This document shows, one piece after another, positions 1 to 9,920 of a stretch of DNA of 64,000 nucleotides. The notes beneath the pieces were generated by a model, which was not told the origin of the DNA, searched no databases, and worked only from the letters and a program-made list of their open reading frames with translations. A program made the translations under genes and the position numbers. The stretch's first letter is position 1. Each line of letters starts with the position of its first letter. This DNA comes from an uncultured Clostridium sp. (GTDB lineage: Bacteria > Bacillota > Clostridia > TANB77 > CAG-508), in the NCBI GenBank assembly GCA_964371215.1, contig CAYJKU010000001.1, positions 63,335 through 127,334 of the forward strand, read 5' to 3'.

Positions 1-49
1 TAAGTAAATTTGTATTTTTTCTAGAGTTTTTTCTTTTCTTATGTGACAT
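1..49 (-). CDS. 5' end of a minus-strand gene that runs off the left edge of the window; the visible N-terminus is MSHKKRKNSRKNTNLL, which is strongly basic
   Basis: ATG at 47-49 on the minus strand, preceded by a GGAGG ribosome-binding site (reverse complement of cctcc at 54-58). The frame stays open to the window edge. Only 16 codons are visible. Confidence 0.3.
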   Translation of the reverse strand, partial: MSHKKRKNSRKNTNLL

Positions 50-195
50 AATTCCTCCGTAAATATTAATTAATTACAATTAATATATCATAAGGGAAAT
101 AAAATGACAAGATATATCAAGAATAGTAAAATAAATAAAAAATACTCTAGTGTGAAAAACTAGTACTTATTATAAATTTCGCTTTATTTTTAAGC

Positions 196-211
196 AAAAA
201 TGTGATATAAT
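196..211 (+). promoter_or_regulatory. candidate extended -10 promoter (TGtgATATAAT) for prfA
   Basis: The sequence aaaatgtgatataat lies about 35 nt upstream of the prfA RBS (agaggag) and start codon. No clear -35 element. Confidence 0.35.
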
Positions 212-243
212 CTATTAGTAAATTAACAAAGAGGAGAAAATGT

Positions 244-1302
244 ATGTTTGAAAAATTAGAATTGGTTGAAAAAAGGTATGAAGAATTAACAAAATTAATT
301 TCAGATCCAGAAGTAATATCAAACCAAACAGAATGGCAAAAATATATAAAAGAACATAGTAATATTGAAGAAATAGTATTGAAGTTTAAAGAATATAAAA
401 AGATGAAAGAATCTATGAAAGAAGCAGAAGAGCTACTAAAAGATCCTGAAATGAAAGAATTAGCTGAAATGGAATATTATGATGCTAAAGAACAATTACC
501 TAAATTAGAAGATGAATTAAAAGTTCTATTAATCCCAAAAGATCCAGATGATGATAAAAACATTATATGTGAAATAAGAGCTGGAGCTGGTGGAGATGAA
601 GCAGCACTTTTTGCAGGTACATTATTTAGAATGTATAATATGTTTGCAGAAAAAAATAGATGGAAAGTAGAAATTTTAAATGAAAACGAAACAGGTCTAG
701 GTGGATACAAAGAGATAACTTTTATGGTAACTGGAAAAGGAGCATATAGTAGACTTAAATTTGAAAGTGGTGTACATAGAGTTCAAAGAGTACCAGATAC
801 TGAAAGTAGTGGTAGAATTCATACTTCAACTGCAACAGTTGCAGTACTTCCAGTTGTAGAAGATGTTGAAATAGATATAAACCCAGCAGATGTAAAAATG
901 GAAGTATTCAGAGCATCAGGTGCTGGAGGGCAACATATTAATAAAACATCATCAGCTGTTAGATTAATACATGAACCATCAGGAATTGTTGTAGAATGTC
1001 AATCAGAAAGATCACAATTCCAAAACAAAGATAATGCAATGAAAATGCTTAGAACTAAATTATATGAAATAGAAAAAGAAAAACAAGATTCAGAAGTAGC
1101 AAATGCAAGAAAGACACAAGTAGGTTCTGGAGATAGAAGTGAAAAAATAAGAACATATAATTACCCACAAGGAAGAATAACAGACCATAGAATTGGAATG
1201 AGTGTTTTCCAAATGGAGAACTTCTTAGGTGGAGCTATTGACGAAATGATAGACAATTTAATTGCAGCAGATAGAGCAGAAAGATTAAAAGGTGAAGAAT
1301 AA
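244..1302 (+). CDS. prfA: peptide chain release factor 1
   Basis: 351-aa ORF with the GGQ motif ([29 protein letters not shown]), the conserved RF1 PxT region and a typical RF1 N-terminus. RBS agaggag sits upstream of ATG 244. Confidence 0.95.
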   Translation: MFEKLELVEKRYEELTKLISDPEVISNQTEWQKYIKEHSNIEEIVLKFKEYKKMKESMKEAEELLKDPEMKELAEMEYYDAKEQLPKLEDELKVLLIPKDPDDDKNIICEIRAGAGGDEAALFAGTLFRMYNMFAEKNRWKVEILNENETGLGGYKEITFMVTGKGAYSRLKFESGVHRVQRVPDTESSGRIHTSTATVAVLPVVEDVEIDINPADVKMEVFRASGAGGQHINKTSSAVRLIHEPSGIVVECQSERSQFQNKDNAMKMLRTKLYEIEKEKQDSEVANARKTQVGSGDRSEKIRTYNYPQGRITDHRIGMSVFQMENFLGGAIDEMIDNLIAADRAERLKGEE

Positions 1303-1307
1303 AATTA

Positions 1308-1331
1308 AAAGAGCAAAAGCTCTTTTTTTTC
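1308..1331 (+). terminator. rho-independent terminator of prfA
   Basis: Hairpin aaagagc-aaaa-gctcttt followed by a T8 run, immediately after the prfA stop codon. Confidence 0.75.
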
Positions 1332-1524
1332 ATATAGAAAGTAATTTTAAGATGAAAAATAAGTCTGGAAATTAAAACTTGAAAAATCTAATCAAAGTAT
1401 AGGGATATAAAGTATTGTGGATAAAAACGGTGAATTTTATGAAAAGTAGAAAAACCTTAAAATAAAGAAATAAATATTAATAAAAAATAAAACAATATTA
1501 AGTATGCGTAAAGAAAATTTAAGT

Positions 1525-1570
1525 AAGAAAAGTATCAAAATTTGATAAAAGTTTTGATATTTTTTTACAT
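1525..1570. promoter_or_regulatory. A/T-rich inverted repeat (TATCAAAATTTGATA ... TTTTGATAT), a candidate operator in the 450-bp intergenic region upstream of gene 1
   Basis: Palindromic half-sites atcaaa/tttgat are repeated twice within about 40 bp. This is read directly from the sequence; no binding factor is known. Confidence 0.25.
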
Positions 1571-1689
1571 TTAAAAATAAAAAATATCAAAATAAAAAAT
1601 AAAATGTCATAAAAATGTAATTATAATGTAAAAAAGTGTAAATAGTAAAAATCCGTATAGAACAGCCTAAAAATACAAAAATGTAAGGC

Positions 1690-1722
1690 TTGAAATAGAA
1701 AATAAAAAAATATATATATAAT
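1690..1722 (+). promoter_or_regulatory. candidate sigma-A-type promoter for gene 1 (TTGAAA, 17-bp spacer, TATATA/TATAAT)
   Basis: ttgaaa at 1690-1695, a 17-bp spacer and tatata at 1713-1718, about 35 nt upstream of ATG 1754. Confidence 0.45.
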
Positions 1723-1753
1723 GTAGAAAAAAGTGGAAAAGGAGGGAATAGTA

Positions 1754-3304
1754 ATGGAAAAGTACATTGGAAAAGTTAAATTTGTACTAATCACACTAGT
1801 AGTATGTATTTTTGCATTAATATTTCCGAAAACAGAGGTAAATGCAAATGTTATAGAGCCAACAACAGAGCAAAAAATAAAATTAGTAGCTACAGAGCTA
1901 AAAACAGGCACAAATGGAAAACAGCAATTAATAGTTGAAATGTGGCTTAAAGACCTAAACTTCCAAGGAATGGATATAGTATTACAATATGATTCTAATA
2001 TATTAAGCACATCAGATATGACAACAAATGAAATAATAGATGTAAATGAAGCAGCTTTTATTCCAACTTCATTCGAATATGCAAATGGATTTGAAAATTA
2101 TATGGATTTATTCTCAATGTCATTTGAAGCTGGTGAATTAAGAACAGTAATAAGCATAAATCCAAGTGATTGGTGGTTAGCAGATAGAAATGAATATATT
2201 ATAGAAGACTTAGTAAATGGAGATACAGTAAGTGCAAAAGGTGAAGTCCTCTTTGGAAAGTTAAGTTTTCAAGTAGGTGAAGGTCAAATAACAGAAGAAT
2301 CAATCAAATTAAAAAGTGGTTCGTCATCACCACAAACAGGAATTAAAGTATCGATAAATGGTACAGATTATTATGAAAATCCAAGTATGTTTGAATTTGT
2401 ACTTGCATTAGCATCAGAAAATGCTAACTTAAGTAATCTTCAAACAGATTTAAAAGAAATAACTTCATTTAATAAAGAAACATTGGAATATGAAATTATA
2501 TTAGAAGAAGATTCAGAAAAAATAGTAGTAACACCTACACCAGAAGATCCCACAGCTATAATTAAAATAGGAGAGGATGTGGTTGATCCAAGTTTAGGAT
2601 ATGATGTTATGCTAAATCCAGCAGGAGAGAATACAGTAATAACGATATTAGTTACAGCAGAAGATCTGGTGGCAACAAAAACATATGTAATAACCGTTAA
2701 AAAACCAGCAGGAACGATAACAGGTAATATAATAACATTTAATGGTCAAGGAATATATTCAGCACCAGTTAAAATATATTCAAAAGAACAAATAGCGAAT
2801 TTAACAGTTGTTGTAAATGAATCAACAGGAGAGACAGCATCATTTGATTGGAATACAATGAAAAACCATGATGCAATAGATAGCATAGAGCCATATAAAG
2901 AATTTGTAATAAATCAAGATGGAACGGTAAAACAAGATGGTGAGACAGATGAAGAATATAAAGCGAGAAACGGAACATATAATGAGAAAATAATGATAGG
3001 TACATATGACATAATAATAGATAAGCCAGGATATTTAGATTATATAATTACAAATGTAGTTATAACAGAAAACGGGATAATAGAAATTGGAGAAAAAGTC
3101 CTTGTGCCAGGAGATACAAATAAGGACGGAACAATAAACTTAGAAGATTTGGTCGAATTAAATAATCGATATGGTCAAAATGAGGAAACAGGAGATTTAT
3201 ATAGTATCAGATATGATATCACAGAAGATAAAGTAATAAACGTAACAGATTTAATAGAATTAAACAAAAATTACGGGCAAATTAAAGAAATTCTAAATCT
3301 ATGA
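1754..3304 (+). CDS. secreted cohesin-like / cadherin-like / prealbumin-like / type-I dockerin protein (adaptor-scaffoldin-like), 517 aa from the corrected start
   Basis: I chose the start at the second in-frame ATG (1754) because GGAGG lies 8 nt upstream. The signal peptide is MEKYIGKVKFVLITLVVCIFALIFPKTEVNA. The cohesin-like beta-sandwich pattern IKLVATELKTGTNGKQQLIVEMWLKDLNFQGMDIVLQYDSNIL matches the cohesin G..V.V.V...G....L.YD..L signature. A cadherin-like beta-sandwich follows (ANLSNLQ...YVITVKK). A CarboxypepD_reg/prealbumin-like segment contains the PGYL motif. The C-terminal dockerin is DTNKDGTINLEDL...DITEDKVINVTDL...NYGQ, with two Ca-binding loops. Confidence 0.8.
   Translation: MEKYIGKVKFVLITLVVCIFALIFPKTEVNANVIEPTTEQKIKLVATELKTGTNGKQQLIVEMWLKDLNFQGMDIVLQYDSNILSTSDMTTNEIIDVNEAAFIPTSFEYANGFENYMDLFSMSFEAGELRTVISINPSDWWLADRNEYIIEDLVNGDTVSAKGEVLFGKLSFQVGEGQITEESIKLKSGSSSPQTGIKVSINGTDYYENPSMFEFVLALASENANLSNLQTDLKEITSFNKETLEYEIILEEDSEKIVVTPTPEDPTAIIKIGEDVVDPSLGYDVMLNPAGENTVITILVTAEDLVATKTYVITVKKPAGTITGNIITFNGQGIYSAPVKIYSKEQIANLTVVVNESTGETASFDWNTMKNHDAIDSIEPYKEFVINQDGTVKQDGETDEEYKARNGTYNEKIMIGTYDIIIDKPGYLDYIITNVVITENGIIEIGEKVLVPGDTNKDGTINLEDLVELNNRYGQNEETGDLYSIRYDITEDKVINVTDLIELNKNYGQIKEILNL
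3103..3280 (+). other. type-I dockerin module of gene 1
   Basis: Duplicated DxNxDGxIxxxD-type calcium-binding loops, each followed by LxxxNxxYG. Confidence 0.7.
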
Positions 3305-3321
3305 GAGAAAGAGGTAGAATA

Positions 3322-6300
3322 ATGAGGGGAAATATTTTAAAAAAACAAGGGATAATTAGTGGAGTAATAATATTATTACTAATTGCAAATATGTTTGCGC
3401 CATATAGTGTGTTAATACCGAAAACATATGCTGCAACAGTTGTACCAGAAGTGCCAACAGTTGAAGTTAGAAAAAATTTAACATCACATCCATATTTTGG
3501 ACAATATTTAACACTAGATGTATATTTTAAAGGAGATATAATTGTATATGGAATGGATTTCTATATTAATTATGATTCTTCAAAAATAATACCAGCATAT
3601 ATAGATATGATGAGTTTTCAATTAAAACAAACGGATAGTTTAGCAAATTCAATTGGAACTACTGTAGTACAACCATATACAATGTTCTATGCTGCGAATC
3701 AATCATATTTAAATATAGCAGAAGAAACAATAAGGGTTGTAATGGCAGGAAATACATCAGCACCTAATCCGGCAGATAGTGGAGGAGAGTTAAAAGCATT
3801 TTCAATAATGTTTGTATTAGCAGATGGAGTTACAGATGAAGATTTAACAAAAGATATGTTTTCTTTTATTCCAATAGCTGGAGGAGTATTAGATACAGGA
3901 TTCCAATTAGGATATGATGGAGATAATGATGTAGGAACAATAACAGATACTACATATTTAAAAGATACTTCATATATGCAATTTACTGGATTTGCAGAAG
4001 GAGCTAAAACAGTTAGTTCAATAAATATAGTTGAGAATCCAACTAAAACAATATATGATCATGGAGATAATATAGACTTAACAGGTGGTAGATTAAGTAT
4101 TGAATACTCAGATGGTTCATCAGAAGAAGTAGATATGACATCATCAGATGTGTCTATCACAAGTGGAAATCCAGCAACAGTTGGAACAACTGTAGTTGAA
4201 TTGAAATATAAAGATGTAGCAACAAGTTTTAATATAACAGTAAATGATCCAGTTGATACAATTGAATTAACAACACCTATAACAAAAACAGAATATTCAC
4301 AAAATGAATCTGTAGATCTTACAGGTGGAGTTGTAACAGCAACAACTAAAAGTGGGGTTAAAACTACAATAAATTTACCAAATGCAAGTATAACTTCAAA
4401 TGTGACAACAGCAGATTTAACAGCTGGAAATGTCCAATTAACAGGAACAACAGGAGAAGGATTACCACGAGGTGTTCAAACAGGAACACTTACATATGAA
4501 GGTAAAACAGTAGATTTTGATATAGTAGTAAATGACACTATAGCAAGTATTGCAGCAAATGGAGCTAAAACAACATATAATTATGGAGATTCTTTAGATA
4601 AATCTCAAGGAAATATAACTGTAACAACAGGAAGTGGGGAGAATATAACTGTAAAATTATCACATGGTAGTGTGCAAATTACAGGATATAATCCAAATCA
4701 GTTAGGAAATCAAGAATTAACAGTTGAATACTTAGGAAAAACAAATACATATAATGTAACAGTTAATGACTATGTAACAGGGATATCAGTAACTAATCCA
4801 AGTAAAACAAACTATGATTTTGGTGAAGATATCAATCTAGCAGGTGGTAGTATAACTGAGACAATGGCATCAGGAGCGTCAGGAACAACTACAGCATTAA
4901 CTGAAAGTATGATATCTGGATATAATAAAAACAGTCCAGGGTCACAAACAATTAAAGTAACATATAATGGTTTTGAAAGTAATTTTTCAGTATCAGTAAC
5001 AGATACATTAGTAAGTATTGAAGTTACAGGAATGAAAACAGAATATACTTATGGAGAATCATTAGATTTCACAGGAGCTAAGTTGAAACAAAACCTGGCA
5101 AGTGGAACAAGTATATCATTATTAGATTTTACTCAAAGTATGATTACAAGTACATATAATCCAAACCAATTAGGAGAACAAACATTAAATATATCTCATG
5201 ATGGAGTAAATGGAACTTTTATAGTAAATGTAAAAGATGTATTAGATAGTATAGCAATAAATACTTCAAATGCACCGGTAAATAAATATGGATATGGTGA
5301 AACAGTAGCTAAATCGGGAGAGATAATAGCTAGTTATGTAAGTGGAGCAACTAAAAATATTGCATTAAGTTCAACAGGTATTTCTTTAGAAAATACAGAT
5401 AGTTCAGAATTTAATACTGAAAGTGTTACATTTACATCTGGAACAACAGTATCAAAAGATATGGTAATAAAATATGCCCAAGATTCAGTAGAAAAATCTG
5501 TAACATATCCAGTTACAATTGTAAATACATTAACTGGAATATCAATACAAGGAACTCCTCAATCTGCATATAATGTAAATGATAGTTTCCAAAATAATTT
5601 ATCTATACTAGTTTCAAGAATACAAGGAGCAGCAGAAGCTGTACTTGTAACTGAAGGTATGGTAACAGGGTTTAATACAGCAACAGAAGGTACGAGACAA
5701 GCAACAATTACGTACATTGAAAATGGAATAACAAAGACAGTAAATTTCAATTATACTGTAACAGATACAGTAACTAAGGTTGAAATGAATGCAAATCCAA
5801 GTAAAACAACATATAATTATGGAGAAGACTTAGATTTATCTGGAACAACTATCACAGTTACAAAAGGTAGTGGTTCAGAAACAGTAAATGTAGATGAATC
5901 AATGATAAGTGGATATAATCCAAATAAATTAGGTTCACAAACAGTAACAGTAGAATATGGAGGGCAAACTACAACATTTGATGTAACAGTAAATGATTAT
6001 GTAACAGGAATAACAGTAACTGCACCAACTAAGACAGAGTATAAATATAATGAAGATTTAGTATTAGATGGTGGTAAAGTAACAACAGTTATGGCATCAG
6101 GAGCAACTGGAACAGATATATTACTATCTGATTCAAGTGTAACATTATCTGGATATGATAAAACAGCAGTATCTTCACAAACAGTAACAGCAACATATGC
6201 TGGACATTCAGGAACATTTAATGTAAATGTAGTAGATGAAATATCTAATATAGTTGTAACAGTACCAACAAGTACTCAAGTATATAATCATGGAGATAAT

Positions 6301-9300
6301 ATAGATTTAACAGGTGCAACAATAACTGTAAATTATGTAAGTGGTGCAACGCCAAAGACAGTAACACCAACAAGTAGTATGGTATTTGAACAAGGTACAA
6401 CAACAGTAGTGGATATGACACCAGATACATATGACAATACAAATAAATTAACAAAAACAGTAACATTAAGTTATACAGAAGAAGGTAAAACAGGAAGTGA
6501 AAACTTTAGTATAAATATAATAAATAATGTTACAAAAATAGAAATGTATACAACACCAAAAACAGTATACAATGTAAATGATAGTTTAGAAGTAACAAAT
6601 GGTGAAATATTAGTTACAAGAGCTGTAGGAACACCAGAGGTAGTTACAATTACAGAAGCGATGGTAACAGGATTTGATTCAAGTGTTGAGGCATCAAATA
6701 AAGCATTAACAGTAACATATACTGAAAATGGAATAGAGAATACAACAACATATAATATTAATGTAGTAGATAGTGTAAATACAATATCTATAAAAGGAAC
6801 ACCAAAAACAGAATATAATTATGGTGAAAACTTAGAAGAATTAACAATTACAGCAGTAAGTGGAAGTGGTTCAAAAGATGTAACAGTAACTGAATCAATG
6901 ATATCTGGATATAATCCAAATCAATTAGGTTCACAAACAGTAACAGTAGAATATGGTGGACAAACTACAACATTTGATGTAACAGTAAATGATTATGTAA
7001 CAGGAATAACAGTAACTGCACCAACTAAAACAGAGTATAAATATAATGAAGATTTAGTATTAGATGGTGGTAAGGTAACAACAGTTATGGCAAGTGGAAG
7101 TACTGGAACAGATATTGAATTAACTGATTCAAGTGTAACATTATCTGGATATGATAAAACAGCAGTATCAGCTCAAACTATAACAGTAACATATCAAGGA
7201 CATAGTGGAACATTTAGTGTAAATGTTAAAGATGATATTGAATCAATAACATTAAAAGGAACACCAAAAACAGATTATGGATATAATGAAGATTTAGATG
7301 TAACTAATTTAAGTATAGAAGTAGTTAAACCAAGTGGAACAACTACTGTTCAAATGACAGATCCAAATGTCTCTATTACAGGATATGATAAAACAAAATT
7401 TGGAGAGCAAACAGTTGTTATAACATATAATGGTACAGAAGTTGGAAGATATAATGTAACAGTAACAGACCCAATAATAAATATTGAAATGGGTGTAACA
7501 CCTAAAACAGTATATATTAAAGGTGAAACATTAGATGTAACAAATGGTACAATAATTGTTAATAAAGAAAGTGGAGCAACTGAAACTGTAAATATTACAG
7601 ATGCTATGATATCAGGATTTGATACCACATCAACAACTGATTCACAAACATTAACAGTAACATATACAGTAGATTCAGTAGATTATACAACTACATATGA
7701 CATATCAGTTGTAAATCCAGTAAAATCTATAATTATAGATAATACACCAAAAACTTCATATAATTATGGAGAAGCATTAGATTTATCTAGTGGTACTTTA
7801 GAGGTAACTTTCGAAGATAATACAAAATTACCTGTTAATATTTTAAGTTCAATGGTAACTGAAATGGATGGATCACAATTTAATCCAAACCAATTAGGAA
7901 CAAGAAATTTAAAAGTAACTTATGGTGGAAAAGAAGTAACATATGAAATAACAGTTAGTGATTATATACAAGATATAGTATTTATACAACCTACAAAAAT
8001 AGAATATATTCTAGGTGAAAGTATAGATTTAACTGGAGGTTCTGTTCAAGAAATAATGGCAAGTGGTACAACAACTACTCCAATAGATTTAACAGACCCA
8101 AGAGTATCAGTAATATCTTTTGATAATACTATTAAAGGAACACAAACAGTTAAATTAGGATTTAATGGAGAAGAATTCACATATCAAATAGAAATTGAAG
8201 ATAGTATAACATCAATAACTTTAGATTCATCATTAGCTAAAAAGACATATAAATATGGGGAAGATATATCAGAATCTGATTTAGTATTAAATGTTGAAAA
8301 AGCAAGTGGTGTAACAGAAAAAGTTGATGTAACATTAAGTATGATTTCTGGATATAATTCAAATCAATTAGGATCTCAAACAATAACTGTAACATATAAT
8401 AGTCAAGAATTTACATATGATGTAATTGTTGAAGATTATATTACAGGATATGAACTTACAAAACCATCTAAATTAGTTTATGAATTAAATGAAGATTTAG
8501 ATTTAACTGGAGCTAGTTTAGTAGAAAAAATGGCCTCAGGAATAACTGGAAGTTCAATAGCAGTAGAAGAATCAATGATATCTGGATTTGATAGTACAAC
8601 AACAGGTGCTAAAACGTTAAAAGTTACATATAATGGAACTGAAATGGAATTTGGAATAGTTGTAAATGATGATATATCTGGAATCAAAATAGTAACACTT
8701 CCAAATAAAACTGAGTATAAATATGGTGAAAGCCTAGATTTATCAGGTGGTAAGTTAGAAATATCTAATGAAAGTGGAGCTACTGAAGAAGTAGACATGT
8801 CACAAGCATCAGTTAGTGGATATGATCCTAATAAATTAGGAAAACAAACAATAATATTAACATATAAAGGACAAACAGTAGAATTTACTGTAAATGTAAT
8901 AGACTATGTTGATAGAGTAGAATTTATGCAACCTACAAAAACAAATTATTCATTTGGTGAACAATTAGATTTAGCAGGTGGTAAAATACAAGAAGTAATG
9001 GCAAGTGGGGCTATAGGAGAAGTTAAATCAATTAATGCCGGAATGGTATCAGGATTTAATAATCAAGAAGTTGGTAAACAACAATTAAAAATAACAGATA
9101 ATGGTAATGAATTTACATATTCTGTAACAGTAATAGATAGTATTTTATCAATTACAATAAATAGATTACCAGATAAATTAAGTTATGAATATAATGAAGG
9201 ATTTGATAGTACAGGAGGATCACTTACAATAAGAAGACAAAGTGGAACAAGTGTTATATCAATGACAAATAATATGATAAGTGGATATGATGCTACTAAA

Positions 9301-9804
9301 TCAGGAAGTCAAGTTTTAACTGCAGCTTATGCAGGATATAAAGTTGAGTTTACGGTATCTGTTGGAGAACAACCAATCATACCAGTACCACCAATTGAAG
9401 ATGATGACGATGATGATGAAATAGTCGGAGGAGTTATAACAGATGGCTACGATGGATTTAATTTAGATTTAAGTAGTTGGATACCAGTTATAGCAGGAAT
9501 ATTATCTATATTAGGTGCAGGAATATTCTTTATAATATTAGCTAAATTTAAAAGAAATGTTAAGGTATATATTGAAGATGAGGAAGGAAGATTCCTTATT
9601 GGTAAAGAAAAACTATCGTCAACAGACAGAGTATTAGATTTAACTAAATATTATGATAGATATCATGAAGATGAATTCCAAATTACTTTATCAAAAGATA
9701 TTGTTAAGAAAATTAATAATAAGAAAGTACAAGTAATAGTTCATAACAAAGATAAAGATATATTAGTTAGTATGAAAAATCGTAGAAATACATATAAGGT
9801 TTAA
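3322..9804 (+). CDS. giant membrane-anchored surface protein: N-terminal cohesin-like domain, about 20 Big_3-type Ig-like domains, hexa-Asp tract, C-terminal TM helix and basic cytoplasmic tail (2160 aa from the corrected start)
   Basis: Start set at ATG 3322 (agaggt RBS); it overlaps the gene-1 stop, so the two are probably co-transcribed. The signal peptide ends at ...PKTYA. The cohesin-like stretch is VEVRKNLTSHPYFGQYLTLDVYFKGDIIVYGMDFYINYDSSKIIP. An approximately 83-aa unit repeats with the motif NYGE.LDL.GG...V...SG......SMISGYN.N.LG.Q..TV.Y (Big_3-like). EDDDDDDE sits at 9398-9421. The TM helix is WIPVIAGILSILGAGIFFIILA (about 9478-9545). A KR-rich tail of roughly 100 aa follows. Confidence 0.85.
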   Translation: MRGNILKKQGIISGVIILLLIANMFAPYSVLIPKTYAATVVPEVPTVEVRKNLTSHPYFGQYLTLDVYFKGDIIVYGMDFYINYDSSKIIPAYIDMMSFQLKQTDSLANSIGTTVVQPYTMFYAANQSYLNIAEETIRVVMAGNTSAPNPADSGGELKAFSIMFVLADGVTDEDLTKDMFSFIPIAGGVLDTGFQLGYDGDNDVGTITDTTYLKDTSYMQFTGFAEGAKTVSSINIVENPTKTIYDHGDNIDLTGGRLSIEYSDGSSEEVDMTSSDVSITSGNPATVGTTVVELKYKDVATSFNITVNDPVDTIELTTPITKTEYSQNESVDLTGGVVTATTKSGVKTTINLPNASITSNVTTADLTAGNVQLTGTTGEGLPRGVQTGTLTYEGKTVDFDIVVNDTIASIAANGAKTTYNYGDSLDKSQGNITVTTGSGENITVKLSHGSVQITGYNPNQLGNQELTVEYLGKTNTYNVTVNDYVTGISVTNPSKTNYDFGEDINLAGGSITETMASGASGTTTALTESMISGYNKNSPGSQTIKVTYNGFESNFSVSVTDTLVSIEVTGMKTEYTYGESLDFTGAKLKQNLASGTSISLLDFTQSMITSTYNPNQLGEQTLNISHDGVNGTFIVNVKDVLDSIAINTSNAPVNKYGYGETVAKSGEIIASYVSGATKNIALSSTGISLENTDSSEFNTESVTFTSGTTVSKDMVIKYAQDSVEKSVTYPVTIVNTLTGISIQGTPQSAYNVNDSFQNNLSILVSRIQGAAEAVLVTEGMVTGFNTATEGTRQATITYIENGITKTVNFNYTVTDTVTKVEMNANPSKTTYNYGEDLDLSGTTITVTKGSGSETVNVDESMISGYNPNKLGSQTVTVEYGGQTTTFDVTVNDYVTGITVTAPTKTEYKYNEDLVLDGGKVTTVMASGATGTDILLSDSSVTLSGYDKTAVSSQTVTATYAGHSGTFNVNVVDEISNIVVTVPTSTQVYNHGDNIDLTGATITVNYVSGATPKTVTPTSSMVFEQGTTTVVDMTPDTYDNTNKLTKTVTLSYTEEGKTGSENFSINIINNVTKIEMYTTPKTVYNVNDSLEVTNGEILVTRAVGTPEVVTITEAMVTGFDSSVEASNKALTVTYTENGIENTTTYNINVVDSVNTISIKGTPKTEYNYGENLEELTITAVSGSGSKDVTVTESMISGYNPNQLGSQTVTVEYGGQTTTFDVTVNDYVTGITVTAPTKTEYKYNEDLVLDGGKVTTVMASGSTGTDIELTDSSVTLSGYDKTAVSAQTITVTYQGHSGTFSVNVKDDIESITLKGTPKTDYGYNEDLDVTNLSIEVVKPSGTTTVQMTDPNVSITGYDKTKFGEQTVVITYNGTEVGRYNVTVTDPIINIEMGVTPKTVYIKGETLDVTNGTIIVNKESGATETVNITDAMISGFDTTSTTDSQTLTVTYTVDSVDYTTTYDISVVNPVKSIIIDNTPKTSYNYGEALDLSSGTLEVTFEDNTKLPVNILSSMVTEMDGSQFNPNQLGTRNLKVTYGGKEVTYEITVSDYIQDIVFIQPTKIEYILGESIDLTGGSVQEIMASGTTTTPIDLTDPRVSVISFDNTIKGTQTVKLGFNGEEFTYQIEIEDSITSITLDSSLAKKTYKYGEDISESDLVLNVEKASGVTEKVDVTLSMISGYNSNQLGSQTITVTYNSQEFTYDVIVEDYITGYELTKPSKLVYELNEDLDLTGASLVEKMASGITGSSIAVEESMISGFDSTTTGAKTLKVTYNGTEMEFGIVVNDDISGIKIVTLPNKTEYKYGESLDLSGGKLEISNESGATEEVDMSQASVSGYDPNKLGKQTIILTYKGQTVEFTVNVIDYVDRVEFMQPTKTNYSFGEQLDLAGGKIQEVMASGAIGEVKSINAGMVSGFNNQEVGKQQLKITDNGNEFTYSVTVIDSILSITINRLPDKLSYEYNEGFDSTGGSLTIRRQSGTSVISMTNNMISGYDATKSGSQVLTAAYAGYKVEFTVSVGEQPIIPVPPIEDDDDDDEIVGGVITDGYDGFNLDLSSWIPVIAGILSILGAGIFFIILAKFKRNVKVYIEDEEGRFLIGKEKLSSTDRVLDLTKYYDRYHEDEFQITLSKDIVKKINNKKVQVIVHNKDKDILVSMKNRRNTYKV
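5895..6240 (+). repeat. internal near-identical direct repeat, copy 1 of 2 (about 345 bp), inside gene 2
   Basis: The 5895-6240 segment (ESMISGYNPNKLGSQTVTVEYGGQTTTFDVTVNDYVTGITVTAPTKTEYKYNEDLVLDGGKVTTVMASGATGTD...) recurs at 6892-7237 with roughly 90% nucleotide identity, judged by eye. The offset is 997 bp, equal to four Big_3 domains. Confidence 0.8.
6892..7237 (+). repeat. internal near-identical direct repeat, copy 2 of 2, inside gene 2
   Basis: See copy 1. It reads SGYNPNQLGSQTVTVEYGGQTTTFDVTVNDYVTGITVTAPTKTEYKYNEDLVLDGGKVTTVMASGSTGTD... Confidence 0.8.
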
Positions 9805-9886
9805 TATGAGTAATATATATAATTAAAAAAATAAGATTAATATGAATAATAAGAAGAAAAGTAAAATTAATAATCTACTAAATAGT

Positions 9887-9920
9887 AAAGGTAGAAAAAA
9901 AGAGAGTTTTCTACCTTTAC
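9887..9920 (+). terminator. candidate intrinsic terminator downstream of gene 2
   Basis: Hairpin aaaggtagaaaa-aaagagag-ttttctaccttt, 12 bp, with a weak T tail. Confidence 0.5.

Noticed and set aside
477-710. Minus-strand 77-aa ORF inside prfA
   Set aside because: Antisense to a well-supported conserved gene; no RBS.
1621-2010. Minus-strand 129-aa ORF overlapping the promoter and 5' end of gene 1
   Set aside because: It overlaps a gene with strong signal-peptide and domain evidence and has a low-complexity translation. Spurious.
5559-8798. Minus-strand ORFs inside gene 2 (5559..5750, 6245..6466, 7350..7628, 8478..8798)
   Set aside because: Antisense artefacts of the repetitive coding sequence.
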